Assembly: GCA_965229675.1 (NCBI GenBank)
Contig: OZ245897.1
Location: 1,185,127 to 1,249,126 of the forward strand
Length of the DNA stretch: 64,000 bases
Direction: 5' to 3'
DNA from: Alphaproteobacteria bacterium
GTDB taxonomy: Bacteria; Pseudomonadota; Alphaproteobacteria; CBDDJK01
The translations under genes were made by a program, and so were the position numbers. The notes under the pieces were generated by a model. It ran no database searches. It saw only the letters and a list, made by a program, of their open reading frames with translations, and was not told the DNA's origin. Shown here piece by piece: positions 19,286 to 28,819 of the stretch. The stretch's first letter is position 1. The number at the start of each line of letters is the position of its first letter.

Positions 19286-20225
19286 TCGCCCCTACTGCAT
19301 CCATGGGTTTCGTCCCAATTTCATTTAAATTAAATGGAACAGTTTGATAAATTTGATTAATCCAATTTGCAAAAAATAAATGCGCATGGCTGCGCCATAC
19401 ATTAGGCGGGTTGTGTGATGGGTTGTCTTGTGGAAAATAACCATAAGGAAGATCAATCGCCTTTTGTTCGGCAATATCCCGTTCATATTCCCCCTTCAAG
19501 GTTAAATGATCATATTCAAGATGGTTGAACATACAAATATGATTGATCGCCTTAGCTTCAACCAAACAAAGCCCCGTCAAGTCAGAATCAATCAATAATT
19601 CTAATTCTGAATGCATGATAATATCTTCTTTATTGGTTTGTGTATGGCGCGATACAGGGATTCGTAATTCATCTGAAAACCCACGTAATAAAGGATTCTC
19701 ACGATGGTAGGTTTTATGCGGAAACACCCCAAACGCTTTTTTTGTCAAAGGATGCTTTGGGATTTGATAAAAATGATAAAGGGCGGCTTGTGCGCCCCAG
19801 CAAATATCCAGCGTACTATGGACATTGGTTTGCGTCCAATCAAAAATATCGCAAAGTTCTTGCCAATATTTTACAGCTTCAAAAGGCATAGTTTCAACGG
19901 GCGCACCCGTAATAATCATCCCGTCAAATTTCTTATCTTTAATTTGCGACCAAGGTTTATAATAACTGTTTAAATGATGGGAAGAGACGTTTCCAGGCAC
20001 ATAGCTTTCCGTCATGATTAATGTTAATTCAATCTGCAACGGAGTTGCGCCAATCAATCGTGCCAATTGCAACTCAGTCATTTCTTTAAGCGGCATTAAA
20101 TTAAGTAATGCAATTTGTAATGGGCGAATATCCTGACGGATTGCAACATGCTCGTGCATTACAAACAGCCCTTCTTTGGTTAATTGCTCCCCAACGGGCA
20201 GGTTATCTGGAATTTTAATCGGCAT
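19260..20225 (-). CDS. metA: Homoserine O-acyltransferase (MetA family: O-succinyl or O-acetyl)
   Basis: 321 aa starting MPIKIPDNLP…ALLNLMP, matching MetA-family N-terminal and core motifs. Confidence 0.85.
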   Translation of the reverse strand: MPIKIPDNLPVGEQLTKEGLFVMHEHVAIRQDIRPLQIALLNLMPLKEMTELQLARLIGATPLQIELTLIMTESYVPGNVSSHHLNSYYKPWSQIKDKKFDGMIITGAPVETMPFEAVKYWQELCDIFDWTQTNVHSTLDICWGAQAALYHFYQIPKHPLTKKAFGVFPHKTYHRENPLLRGFSDELRIPVSRHTQTNKEDIIMHSELELLIDSDLTGLCLVEAKAINHICMFNHLEYDHLTLKGEYERDIAEQKAIDLPYGYFPQDNPSHNPPNVWRSHAHLFFANWINQIYQTVPFNLNEIGTKPMDAVGANATLAPTH

Positions 20226-20234
20226 GGCTTGGTT

Positions 20235-20894
20235 TTATGGCATTCTGCGTGACAATTCAAGCTGATTAAACTGTCTTATAAAGGTTTGCTTAATGGTTTC
20301 ATTGGGCTGATCAAACGCGATAATTTTCGGTTCAAATAAATCAATTAAGGCTTGAGGCGGATATTTCCAAATTGTGCGAACCTCTTTTGCTTCAAAACCT
20401 GCAATCGTTAAGGCTTCCAGTGCTGCTGCATAAAGATCAGCGCGTTTAACTTGTTTTTTCAAAGCTTCAGAAAGGGTGGGTGGCAATGAAAATCGTCGAT
20501 GTATGGCTTCCAACAAGTGGTCTTCAAGCTGCGTGTAAGCAATCCCAACCGCCGCTTTGAACGGAGAAATCAAATCACCAATCACATATTCAGGCGCATC
20601 ATGTAATAGGGCAACCATCCTATATTCGGTTGAAGCTTTAGGATTTAGATGGCTAAAAATAGCTTCCACCAGCAGGCTATGCGCTGCAACTGAAAAACAA
20701 TGCGCTCCCTTTGTTTGCCCATTCCAGCGGGACATTCGGGACAATCCATGCGCAATATCTTCAAGTTCAATATCAATTGAAGCGGGATTAAGAAGGTCAA
20801 GTCGCCGACCGCTTAACATTCTTTGCCAAGCCCGCATAGGTTTAGGGGGTTTAGTTGGAGGAAAAGCTGAAGATTTTAAGGTAGGTTTGACCAT
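20235..20894 (-). CDS. HD-domain phosphohydrolase (YfbR-like 5'-deoxynucleotidase family)
   Basis: 219 aa with the HD motif region HSLLVEAI…ALLHDAPEYVIGDLISPFK. Confidence 0.65.
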   Translation of the reverse strand: MVKPTLKSSAFPPTKPPKPMRAWQRMLSGRRLDLLNPASIDIELEDIAHGLSRMSRWNGQTKGAHCFSVAAHSLLVEAIFSHLNPKASTEYRMVALLHDAPEYVIGDLISPFKAAVGIAYTQLEDHLLEAIHRRFSLPPTLSEALKKQVKRADLYAAALEALTIAGFEAKEVRTIWKYPPQALIDLFEPKIIAFDQPNETIKQTFIRQFNQLELSRRMP

Positions 20895-21800
20895 TTAAGG
20901 ACTATTTTGCGCTTTAAGCTTATTTTGTGCTTTAGTAATGCGCCGATGCGTTATAACCTCCAATCCTAATAGGCTTTTAAAACGGTCAATTGCATCCTTA
21001 ACTGACCATTCAGCAACGCGCATATCACGTGCATTCGCATGAAGCATCGTTTCATGGTTCACCATAATTCCAACATGCCCTTGCCAAAAAATTAGATCAT
21101 TTGCCTTATAATCTCCATCTTCAACTGATCCACCGCATTTTTGCTGTAGATCACTATCACGCGGCAAAGGAATCCCACAAAGCCAAAATGCTTGTTGAAT
21201 GAGTTGAGAACAATCATAACCAGCATGGCTACCTCCCCCCCATAAATAAGGATAATTAATAACCTGTTGTGCCTTTTTAAAAGGTTCTTTTTGCCAACTG
21301 CCAATGATTGACAAATTTTGTGCATGGCAATAACCAATTTGGGATTCAGAAATTTTACAAACTGCCCAAGCCTGCCCTTCTTTGTCAAAAATCCGCTCGC
21401 TTGCATTCAAAAGTGCTGTCATGGGCGCATAATATAAAGCTTGTGATTTAATATTCGCGTCCTCGTAAATAAAACATCCTGCTGAATGGACATAATGGCT
21501 TGGCGGGACAGTCGCATCATTTTTTGAAGAAAGTAGGCTAGCATCTATGTAGCCAACATAACGATCACGCAGGCTTTGAACCCATGCCACCCCTTCTTTT
21601 TGTTCAAAGCAATGCACGGCTTCGCCCAAAACAAAGGTTGTAATTCGCCCGCCTGTTAATGCTGCATTTCCAAACACTGGACATTGGGAAGCAACGATAA
21701 AATGTAAGGTTGGCGTAACATAACGGTTTGCTATAAATTGCCCCTTAAGTGCCTTATCGCATAAATCGGGTCTGAATGCGTGTAAACGTTCATCAATCAT
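20895..21800 (-). CDS. NlpC/P60 (C40) family peptidoglycan peptidase with an N-terminal accessory domain
   Basis: The C-terminal catalytic region is GYDCSQLIQQAF…HVGIM…H (Cys-His-His triad spacing of the C40 family). Confidence 0.7.
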   Translation of the reverse strand: MIDERLHAFRPDLCDKALKGQFIANRYVTPTLHFIVASQCPVFGNAALTGGRITTFVLGEAVHCFEQKEGVAWVQSLRDRYVGYIDASLLSSKNDATVPPSHYVHSAGCFIYEDANIKSQALYYAPMTALLNASERIFDKEGQAWAVCKISESQIGYCHAQNLSIIGSWQKEPFKKAQQVINYPYLWGGGSHAGYDCSQLIQQAFWLCGIPLPRDSDLQQKCGGSVEDGDYKANDLIFWQGHVGIMVNHETMLHANARDMRVAEWSVKDAIDRFKSLLGLEVITHRRITKAQNKLKAQNSP

Positions 21801-21815
21801 ATCATTGATCCTTCT

Positions 21816-23189
21816 TTAATCATTGGTAATTGTGGCGATTAAATCTGCAACATCGTTAATTGTAGCCTGTGCTTTATTTTTATTTTTTTCACGTGCAGGG
21901 GGTTCCCAAATTGTTTTGAATCCTAGTTTCAATGCTTCTTTTTTACGCAATTCAGCCTGAGAAACCGAACGAATTTCCCCTGACAAACCAATTTCCCCAA
22001 ACATCGCCATATCAGGCTCCAACGCTACTTCTAATGCTGATGAAATAATGGCAGAAGCCACAGCTAAATCCGCCGCAGGTTCGTTAATTCTAAGCCCACC
22101 TGCCACATTCAAATAAACATCGCGTCCAACCAGATTTAAGCCGCCACGGGTTTCCAACACCGCAAGCAACATTGCTAAACGATTAGCATCCCAACCAACC
22201 ACTGCACGCCGTGGTGTGGCAAGCGGACTTGGTGCGATTAAAGCTTGAATCTCAACCAGCATTGGGCGTGTTCCTTCAATTCCTGCGAAAACAGCAGCCC
22301 CTGGGATGCCTGCTTGCCGCTCTGCTAGAAAAAGAGCTGAGGGATTGTTGACCTCCATCAACCCTTCTGCGGTCATATCAAATACCCCAATTTCATTTGC
22401 AGCTCCAAACCGATTTTTGATCGACCGCAGAATGCGATATGCATGACCGCGCTCGCCTTCAAAATAAAGCACAGTATCAACCATATGTTCCAAAATACGC
22501 GGGCCAGCTATCGCACCATCCTTGGTCACATGACCAACCAATAATAACGCAATTCCCTCGGATTTAGCGGTACGAATTAATTCTTGCGCACTGGCACGGA
22601 CTTGCGTAACCGAACCAGGGGCTGATTCAATCCCATCTACATACATGGTTTGAATAGAATCGATGACCGCAATGGCGGGAGCAGTTGCTGCTTTCAATGC
22701 TGCTTGAATTTCCCCCACATGGGTTGCAGTTGCCAGCATCACGTCACTTTCTTGTACCCCAAGTCGTTTGGCGCGCATACGGATTTGCTCTATTGCTTCC
22801 TCTCCGCTGATATACAGGCATTGTGCATCGCCACTTAATCCAGCGCAGCGTTGTAAAAGCAAAGTTGATTTACCAATTCCAGGATCGCCACCAATCAAGA
22901 CGGCTTGTCCTGCAATCAGCCCGCCGCCTAAAACACGATCAAATTCTTCTGAACCACTGTTAAGGCGTGGTGGCACTTCATCCGAACCTGTTAAGGGAAC
23001 AAATTCTATGCCACGCTGTTTTTGCTGCCTTGATTTTGCCCCAGATGACCTTGATTTTCCGCCCACTGGTGGGGCTTGTTCAACAATTTCTTCTTGCAGG
23101 CTATTCCACGCATCACAAGCATCACATTTACCCTGCCAACGGCGATAAACACTTCCGCATTCTTGACAAATATAATGAACTGAAGCCAT
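21816..23189 (-). CDS. radA: DNA repair protein RadA/Sms
   Basis: 457 aa with an N-terminal C4 zinc finger (CQECGSVYRRWQGKCDAC), Walker A (GGDPGIGKST), the KNRFG motif and a Lon-like C-terminal domain. Confidence 0.9.
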   Translation of the reverse strand: MASVHYICQECGSVYRRWQGKCDACDAWNSLQEEIVEQAPPVGGKSRSSGAKSRQQKQRGIEFVPLTGSDEVPPRLNSGSEEFDRVLGGGLIAGQAVLIGGDPGIGKSTLLLQRCAGLSGDAQCLYISGEEAIEQIRMRAKRLGVQESDVMLATATHVGEIQAALKAATAPAIAVIDSIQTMYVDGIESAPGSVTQVRASAQELIRTAKSEGIALLLVGHVTKDGAIAGPRILEHMVDTVLYFEGERGHAYRILRSIKNRFGAANEIGVFDMTAEGLMEVNNPSALFLAERQAGIPGAAVFAGIEGTRPMLVEIQALIAPSPLATPRRAVVGWDANRLAMLLAVLETRGGLNLVGRDVYLNVAGGLRINEPAADLAVASAIISSALEVALEPDMAMFGEIGLSGEIRSVSQAELRKKEALKLGFKTIWEPPAREKNKNKAQATINDVADLIATITND

Positions 23190-23195
23190 AATTAT

Positions 23196-23318
23196 TTATG
23201 GATAGGTATAATTCTCTTCCGTGGGGACAGGATTCAACGCAGATTTTTTACCACAACCCGTAACAAATCCACCCATGAGCCCAAGCATAAGCAACAAGAC
23301 TAAACTATGCTTTAACAT
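23196..23318 (-). CDS. Candidate small lipoprotein (40 aa), unannotated
   Basis: MLKHSLVLLLMLGLMGGFVTGCGKKSALNPVPTEENYTYP: an n-region, a hydrophobic core and the lipobox FVTGC, followed by a 19-aa mature peptide. The ATG is embedded in the last codons of the response-regulator gene. It is below the cutoff of the ORF track. Confidence 0.4.
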   Translation of the reverse strand: MLKHSLVLLLMLGLMGGFVTGCGKKSALNPVPTEENYTYP

Positions 23319-23688
23319 GTTGCTGAATTACTTCATTTAAGACCGCAACCGTTACTGGTTTGGTAAGGTAAGCATCCATCCCCGCTTCCATGCAATCATC
23401 GGATGTGTATTCATTCGCACTTGCCGTAAGAGCTATAATTTTTGGTTGTTCAATATCTTTCATTGCGCGAATATGGCGGGTTGCCACAACACCATCCATA
23501 TTAGGCATCATTAAATCCATTAGCACAATGTCAGCACTTTGTTGTTGTAACCAATCAACTGCTTCTTGACCGTCATTAACAACTGTTGGTTGCATGGATA
23601 ATTTTTCCAGCATTTTCCTAATCATTAGCTGGTTGACTTTATTATCTTCAACAACAAGAATTGATAAAGTTTCAGGGGAATTATTCAT
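23305..23688 (-). CDS. Single-domain response regulator (CheY-like receiver)
   Basis: 127 aa with ILVVEDN…DIVLMDLMMPNMDG…KIIALTA, showing the receiver-domain Asp pocket and the conserved Thr/Lys. No output domain or kinase gene is adjacent. Confidence 0.8.
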   Translation of the reverse strand: MNNSPETLSILVVEDNKVNQLMIRKMLEKLSMQPTVVNDGQEAVDWLQQQSADIVLMDLMMPNMDGVVATRHIRAMKDIEQPKIIALTASANEYTSDDCMEAGMDAYLTKPVTVAVLNEVIQQHVKA

Positions 23689-23753
23689 AGTAATCCTTTG
23701 TTAATTTTTATTTTCTATTCTCTATTTTTTATTGCCAAATAATTTATCAAACT

Positions 23754-24236
23754 TCAAGCTTTTTTAAGCAAGATCAAAATAAACAAACCAACCATAGCGG
23801 TTGAAATGGCACTGTCAGCTATATTAAAAGCAGGCCAGTGATAGCCTTGCCAATGTATATCAATAAAATCAACAACAGCGCGATAACGAACACGGTCAAT
23901 TACATTGCCAATCGCGCCGCCAATTGCAAGTCCTAAATATAATTTTAAAAAGATGGAGCCATCGCGCGCCCGCACCAACCATGCCAATAAAACAAGAATA
24001 ATGATAATCGCAATCAAAGCCAATATAACCGTTCCAGTTAGGGAATTAGCCTGAAACAAGCCGAAGCTTACACCATAATTTAATACCAGCACTAAATTAA
24101 AAAAAGGCGTAACTTCCATCGGTAACATGCCATTTTTTGCTAATGACAACGCCCAAGCCTTTGTCAACCAATCCAGTACGATCACGGATAGGCCAAGTAA
24201 GGATGCAATCAATAAATGACGATTATGCATGGTCAT
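23754..24236 (-). CDS. lspA: Lipoprotein signal peptidase (signal peptidase II)
   Basis: LspA motifs (NYGVSFG, FNIADSAI). The start is taken as MTMHNRH at 24236. The longer track ORF, up to 24335, would run 80 nt into ileS, whose stop is at 24256. Confidence 0.85.
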   Translation of the reverse strand: MTMHNRHLLIASLLGLSVIVLDWLTKAWALSLAKNGMLPMEVTPFFNLVLVLNYGVSFGLFQANSLTGTVILALIAIIIILVLLAWLVRARDGSIFLKLYLGLAIGGAIGNVIDRVRYRAVVDFIDIHWQGYHWPAFNIADSAISTAMVGLFILILLKKA

Positions 24237-24255
24237 AAAAACTGATTGTCGATGT

Positions 24256-27141
24256 CTATGCCGCTTTTTTAAGAACAGTATGGCATCTTGCGCAAACAGG
24301 AGTTTGAACGTCAAAATCGGGTTCGCCTTCATCACGGTCTTGATGAATTGTCCAACAGCGTGGGCATTTATGGCCTTTGGCGGGTTTAAATCTTACGGCT
24401 AAGCCCGTTATTTCTTCATGCTGCCAATTTCCTTTTTCTGCATGGCCTTTTTCAATCGACACCTCAGATAAGATTGCAAGTTCTTTCATAAGCTCGGCTT
24501 GATCCAGCAGGCAATCAAATTTTTGTGTTTTGGAATCGATAACAAGCTGGATGGAAGCTTCAAGGGAAGAACCAATGATTTTATCCGTACGTTTTTGTTC
24601 CAGCAAGCCGTTGATTGCACGCCTTGCTTCCAATGCCGCCTCCATCAAAGATTGCCCTTTAAATTCTGTTGGCAAATGCGATAAATCAGGAAATTGTGTT
24701 AGATGAACGGAGGCAGGATACATAACGCCATCTGCTTCAAGTTGCGATAGGCGTTCTTGATAGGCCTCTTCTGCTGTAAAAACTAAAATCGGTGCAAGCC
24801 ATTTTGTTAGGCAAGAAAAGATTAAATCCAGCATCTGATAACACGCTTGTAACCGCTTTGCATCAGTACCATCGCAATAAAGGCTATCTTTACGGACATC
24901 AAAATAAATTGCTGATAAATCAACAGTGCAAAATTGTAATAATTGCCTAAACACTGCACCAAAATCATAATGCTCCATCGATGCATGAATATTGGTGTCA
25001 ATCTGCTTTAATCGCCATGCAATCCATTGTTCAAGCAATGGCATTTCATCAATTGTCATTGGTTTGGCTTGCGGGCGATTAGCAAGATTACCCAATAGCC
25101 AGCGTAACGTATTACGAAACCGCCGATAATAATCGGAAATTTGCTTTAATGTATCCTGACCAATACGAACATCGCCAAAATAATTTTCACACACAACCCA
25201 TAGACGGAGAATATCAGCTCCCATCTTTTCATTGACTTCTTGCGGAAACACTTGATTTTTTAAGGATTTTGACATTTTTCGACCATCTTGCGCCAACACG
25301 AAACCATGGGTAAGAATGGCCTTATAAGGGGGTGTGCCGCGTGTGCCACATGCCTCCAGCAAAGAGGAGTGAAACCAACCACGATGCTGATCCGACCCTT
25401 CCAAATAAAGATCGGCTGGCCATGCTAAGTCCCCTTGATCATCACTGCGTGGTTCAAGACAAAAAGCATGGGTTGAGCCTGAGTCAAACCACACATCAAC
25501 AACATCGGTAACCTGTTCATATTCGGCTGGATCATATTCTGATCCAAGAAAATGTTCAGGCGGTAAGGCAAACCACGCATCCCCACCTTGTTCTTTAAAA
25601 GCATCAATAATGCGTTGATTTACCTGCGGATCGCGCAATGGTTCCCCTGTTTTTTGATTAACGAAAATTGCAATCGGAACCCCCCAAGCACGCTGTCTTG
25701 AGATGCACCAATCAGGTCTATGTTCAATCATGCCATAAAGGCGTGTCCGCCCCTGCTCAGGGTAAAATTTCGTTTCATCAATCCCTGAAAGTGCTTTTTC
25801 GCGTAACTGATCATGGGATAAGGAAATAAACCATTGCGGTGTGTTTAAAAAGATTAAGGGGGCTTTTGATCGCCAGCTATGAGGATATTGATGGCGTAAG
25901 CTGGATTTAGAAAACAGGCTATTGGCGGCAATTAATGCTTTAATAACGGATCCATTCGCATTGCCCTCTTTGCCATTTTCATCTAACACAACACAACCGC
26001 CTAATAACGGCAAATCATCGCGATAACGGCCATTTTTTAAAACTGTGGTTGGAATTTCCAAACCATTCGCCATGCCAAGATGCCAATCATCGCTTCCATG
26101 GCTAGGGGCAATATGGACAAAGCCAGTTCCTTGATCATCGGTTACAAACTCAGCTTCCAATAACGGCGTATCTTGATCATAGCCTTGGCCACGCCATGGA
26201 TGGGCGGCAATCGTTCCTGCTAATTGCGCACCGTCAAATTGATCGATGACCCTATAATTGGTGATTTTTGCCTCGTTCAGCACGGCTTTAAGCCTTGAAG
26301 CGGCAAGCACATAACGCCCGCCCGTTTGAACAAGCGCATCTTCTTCCACGCCTTCAACCTTAATCAAAACATAACGAAATGCTTTATGATAAGCAATCGC
26401 GCGATTGGCAGGGATTGTCCATGGTGTCGTTGTCCAAATTAAGATATTTGCATCTTTTAAGCGTTCAGCCCCTTCGACAATTTTAAACGCAACAGTGATG
26501 GTCGATGATTTATGATCATAATATTCTTGCTCTGCCTCAGCCAACGCAGTTTGTTCAACAACAGACCACATGATTGGGCGTGATCCACGATAAAGCGCAC
26601 CTGACATTAAGAATTTATGAATTTCGGCAGCAATAATTGCCTCCGATTCAAAGCGCATCGTGCTGTAAGGATGTTCCCAATCACCAAAAACACCAAGCCG
26701 TTTAAATTCCTCGCGCTGGACATTCAACCAATGCGTAGCAAATTCACGGCATTGTTGACGAAATTCAAGAATAGGCACCTCGTCTTTATTTTTGCCTTTA
26801 GCACGATATTCCTCTTCAATTTTCCATTCAATCGGCAGGCCATGGCAATCCCATCCTGGGACATAATTTGCATTATAGCCTGTCATCTGCCGTGAACGGT
26901 TGATAATATCTTTTAAAATTTTATTTAAAGCTGTGCCAATATGAATATTACCATTGGCATAAGGGGGACCATCATGAAGAATATATTTAGGTCTATCCTT
27001 GCTTTCTTCACGCAATTTACCCCAAAGATTTTGTGATTGCCACCATTCAACCAAATTAGGCTCGCGGGTTGGCAAATTTGCCTTCATCGAAAAACCGCTT
27101 CCAGGTAAACGAATGGTTTGCTTATAAGATTTTGCTGTCAT
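24256..27141 (-). CDS. ileS: Isoleucine--tRNA ligase
   Basis: 961 aa class-I aaRS with PYANGNIHIGTA (HIGH) and KMSKS, and a C-terminal Zn-binding cluster (CPRCW…CARCH). Confidence 0.95.
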   Translation of the reverse strand: MTAKSYKQTIRLPGSGFSMKANLPTREPNLVEWWQSQNLWGKLREESKDRPKYILHDGPPYANGNIHIGTALNKILKDIINRSRQMTGYNANYVPGWDCHGLPIEWKIEEEYRAKGKNKDEVPILEFRQQCREFATHWLNVQREEFKRLGVFGDWEHPYSTMRFESEAIIAAEIHKFLMSGALYRGSRPIMWSVVEQTALAEAEQEYYDHKSSTITVAFKIVEGAERLKDANILIWTTTPWTIPANRAIAYHKAFRYVLIKVEGVEEDALVQTGGRYVLAASRLKAVLNEAKITNYRVIDQFDGAQLAGTIAAHPWRGQGYDQDTPLLEAEFVTDDQGTGFVHIAPSHGSDDWHLGMANGLEIPTTVLKNGRYRDDLPLLGGCVVLDENGKEGNANGSVIKALIAANSLFSKSSLRHQYPHSWRSKAPLIFLNTPQWFISLSHDQLREKALSGIDETKFYPEQGRTRLYGMIEHRPDWCISRQRAWGVPIAIFVNQKTGEPLRDPQVNQRIIDAFKEQGGDAWFALPPEHFLGSEYDPAEYEQVTDVVDVWFDSGSTHAFCLEPRSDDQGDLAWPADLYLEGSDQHRGWFHSSLLEACGTRGTPPYKAILTHGFVLAQDGRKMSKSLKNQVFPQEVNEKMGADILRLWVVCENYFGDVRIGQDTLKQISDYYRRFRNTLRWLLGNLANRPQAKPMTIDEMPLLEQWIAWRLKQIDTNIHASMEHYDFGAVFRQLLQFCTVDLSAIYFDVRKDSLYCDGTDAKRLQACYQMLDLIFSCLTKWLAPILVFTAEEAYQERLSQLEADGVMYPASVHLTQFPDLSHLPTEFKGQSLMEAALEARRAINGLLEQKRTDKIIGSSLEASIQLVIDSKTQKFDCLLDQAELMKELAILSEVSIEKGHAEKGNWQHEEITGLAVRFKPAKGHKCPRCWTIHQDRDEGEPDFDVQTPVCARCHTVLKKAA

Positions 27142-27290
27142 GGATGCTATAAATTATCCCTTTCTTGGATTGATAAATGCTAAACTTCTTTTGAAAAGTC
27201 AAGATAGTAAACAAGAGATGTTTTTTAACATTTTTTTAATGTATATTAAAAAATTAACTACATAAAAAATGGGTTATTGCATTTTGGCTC

Positions 27291-28394
27291 ATGATCGCCT
27301 ATATGCAAAGCATCTTTATTAAAGGAATTAAAGCAATGGAAGAAATAGATTTCGCTACCCGCGCAATTTTAGGGGGATTAACCCTAGGCTTAATCTTTGG
27401 TGCTGCAACCATGGTTAGTAAATTTTGTTTACGCACCATGATGATCACCAATAATGCAGAAGAGCGGGCGAAACAGACACGCCTTTGGGTGATTTCAGTA
27501 ACGCTTTCACTTATAGGCATTCAAGCTTTAATTCATTTTTATGGCTTAGACCTTGAGGGGAGTATTTATCGCACGGAAATTTTAGCCCCAATCGGGCTGT
27601 TGATTGGCGGATTGTTATTTGGTTCGGGCATGGTTTTGGCCAGAGGCTGCCTTGCCCGTCATCTGGTTTTAGGCGGAACGGGTAATATCAGAAGCTGGGT
27701 TGTTTTGCTGGTTGCTGGTTTAAGTGCTTATGCAACTGCCCGTGGGATATTTGCGTATGCTCGATTATCTGTTGAAGATAGCTGGCAAATTCTCCACGAT
27801 CCTGAACTTTATCGTAATTGGATTGGTATGTTCTTGCTTGCCGCACTGGGTTTTGTGTTATTCCGTGCGCGCAAAAGCCTGTTTCATGGAAAAGATAGGT
27901 TAAAAGATATCATTGCGGCTATTTTAATTGCTGGCGCAGTGATTGGTGGTTTTTATGTCACTGCTTTTTATGGATTTGATGAATTTGACCCACAACCCGT
28001 AACATCGTTACGATTTACGTTACCCATCGGCGATAGCCTTGTTTATCTGATTACCCACACAGGGGCTAGCGCAAGTTTTCCCATCGCAGTGATTGGGGGT
28101 GTGTTTATCGGCAGTTTGGTAAGTGCTTTATCAACACGTCAATTCGTATGGCAAAGTTTTGAAGATGTTCGTTCCACCTTGCGTTATTTAATTGCGGCAG
28201 TGATGATGGGTGTTGGTGGCATCATGGCACTTGGTTGCACGATTGGGCAAGGTTTGGTTGGGCTATCCACCCTTTCAACCTCCGCACCGCTTGCAGTGAT
28301 TGGAATTTATGCTGGGGCTAGGATAACCATTCGCTATATCCGTTTTGAAAATTCAAAACTTGAGATTACTGCCTTAAAAACAAGCGTTGCTTAA
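27291..28394 (+). CDS. YeeE/YedE-family sulfur-compound (thiosulfate) transporter
   Basis: 367 aa with two repeats, each carrying the conserved Cys motif (GSGMVLARGC and MALGCTIGQG). The likely start is MEEIDF at 27336. Confidence 0.7.
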   Translation: MIAYMQSIFIKGIKAMEEIDFATRAILGGLTLGLIFGAATMVSKFCLRTMMITNNAEERAKQTRLWVISVTLSLIGIQALIHFYGLDLEGSIYRTEILAPIGLLIGGLLFGSGMVLARGCLARHLVLGGTGNIRSWVVLLVAGLSAYATARGIFAYARLSVEDSWQILHDPELYRNWIGMFLLAALGFVLFRARKSLFHGKDRLKDIIAAILIAGAVIGGFYVTAFYGFDEFDPQPVTSLRFTLPIGDSLVYLITHTGASASFPIAVIGGVFIGSLVSALSTRQFVWQSFEDVRSTLRYLIAAVMMGVGGIMALGCTIGQGLVGLSTLSTSAPLAVIGIYAGARITIRYIRFENSKLEITALKTSVA

Positions 28395-28402
28395 GTAAGT
28401 TT

Positions 28403-28795
28403 TTAAAGCAGTTTATGCGCCTCAAGCACATTGCGGGCAACACGAAAACATTCCAAGCCCTGAGGCACACCACAATAAATGGCAATAACATGGATGATTG
28501 CACGAATTTCTTCAACGCTCACACCATTATTTATGGCTCCACGGCAATGAATTTCCCATTCCTGCATCTTCCCCAACGCACCGATCATTGAAAGATTCAT
28601 CATGGAACGGGTTTTTGCGTCAATCACATCATCTCCCCAACCAAATCCCCAACACCAAGCGGTCATTGCCTGTTGAAAGGGTTTTGTGAATGAATCGGCC
28701 GCTTCCAAGTTTTTTTGTACATAATCTGCACCCAATGTTGCTTTACGTTGTTCCAATCCTTTTAAAAATAAATCTTCATCAAACAGATTTTCCAT
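28403..28795 (-). CDS. Carboxymuconolactone-decarboxylase (CMD/AhpD-like) family protein
   Basis: 130 aa with the CMD-family pattern (…HCRGAINNGVSVEEIRAIIHVIAIYCGVP). Confidence 0.65.
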   Translation of the reverse strand: MENLFDEDLFLKGLEQRKATLGADYVQKNLEAADSFTKPFQQAMTAWCWGFGWGDDVIDAKTRSMMNLSMIGALGKMQEWEIHCRGAINNGVSVEEIRAIIHVIAIYCGVPQGLECFRVARNVLEAHKLL

Positions 28796-28819
28796 AATAT
28801 ATTTCCTTTCATAAATTAA

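Noticed and set aside
19260-20234. SAM-II (metA) riboswitch expected upstream of metA/metZ in Alphaproteobacteria
   Set aside because: metA starts 9 nt after the stop of the preceding HD-hydrolase gene and metZ overlaps the preceding gene, so there is no leader long enough for a riboswitch.
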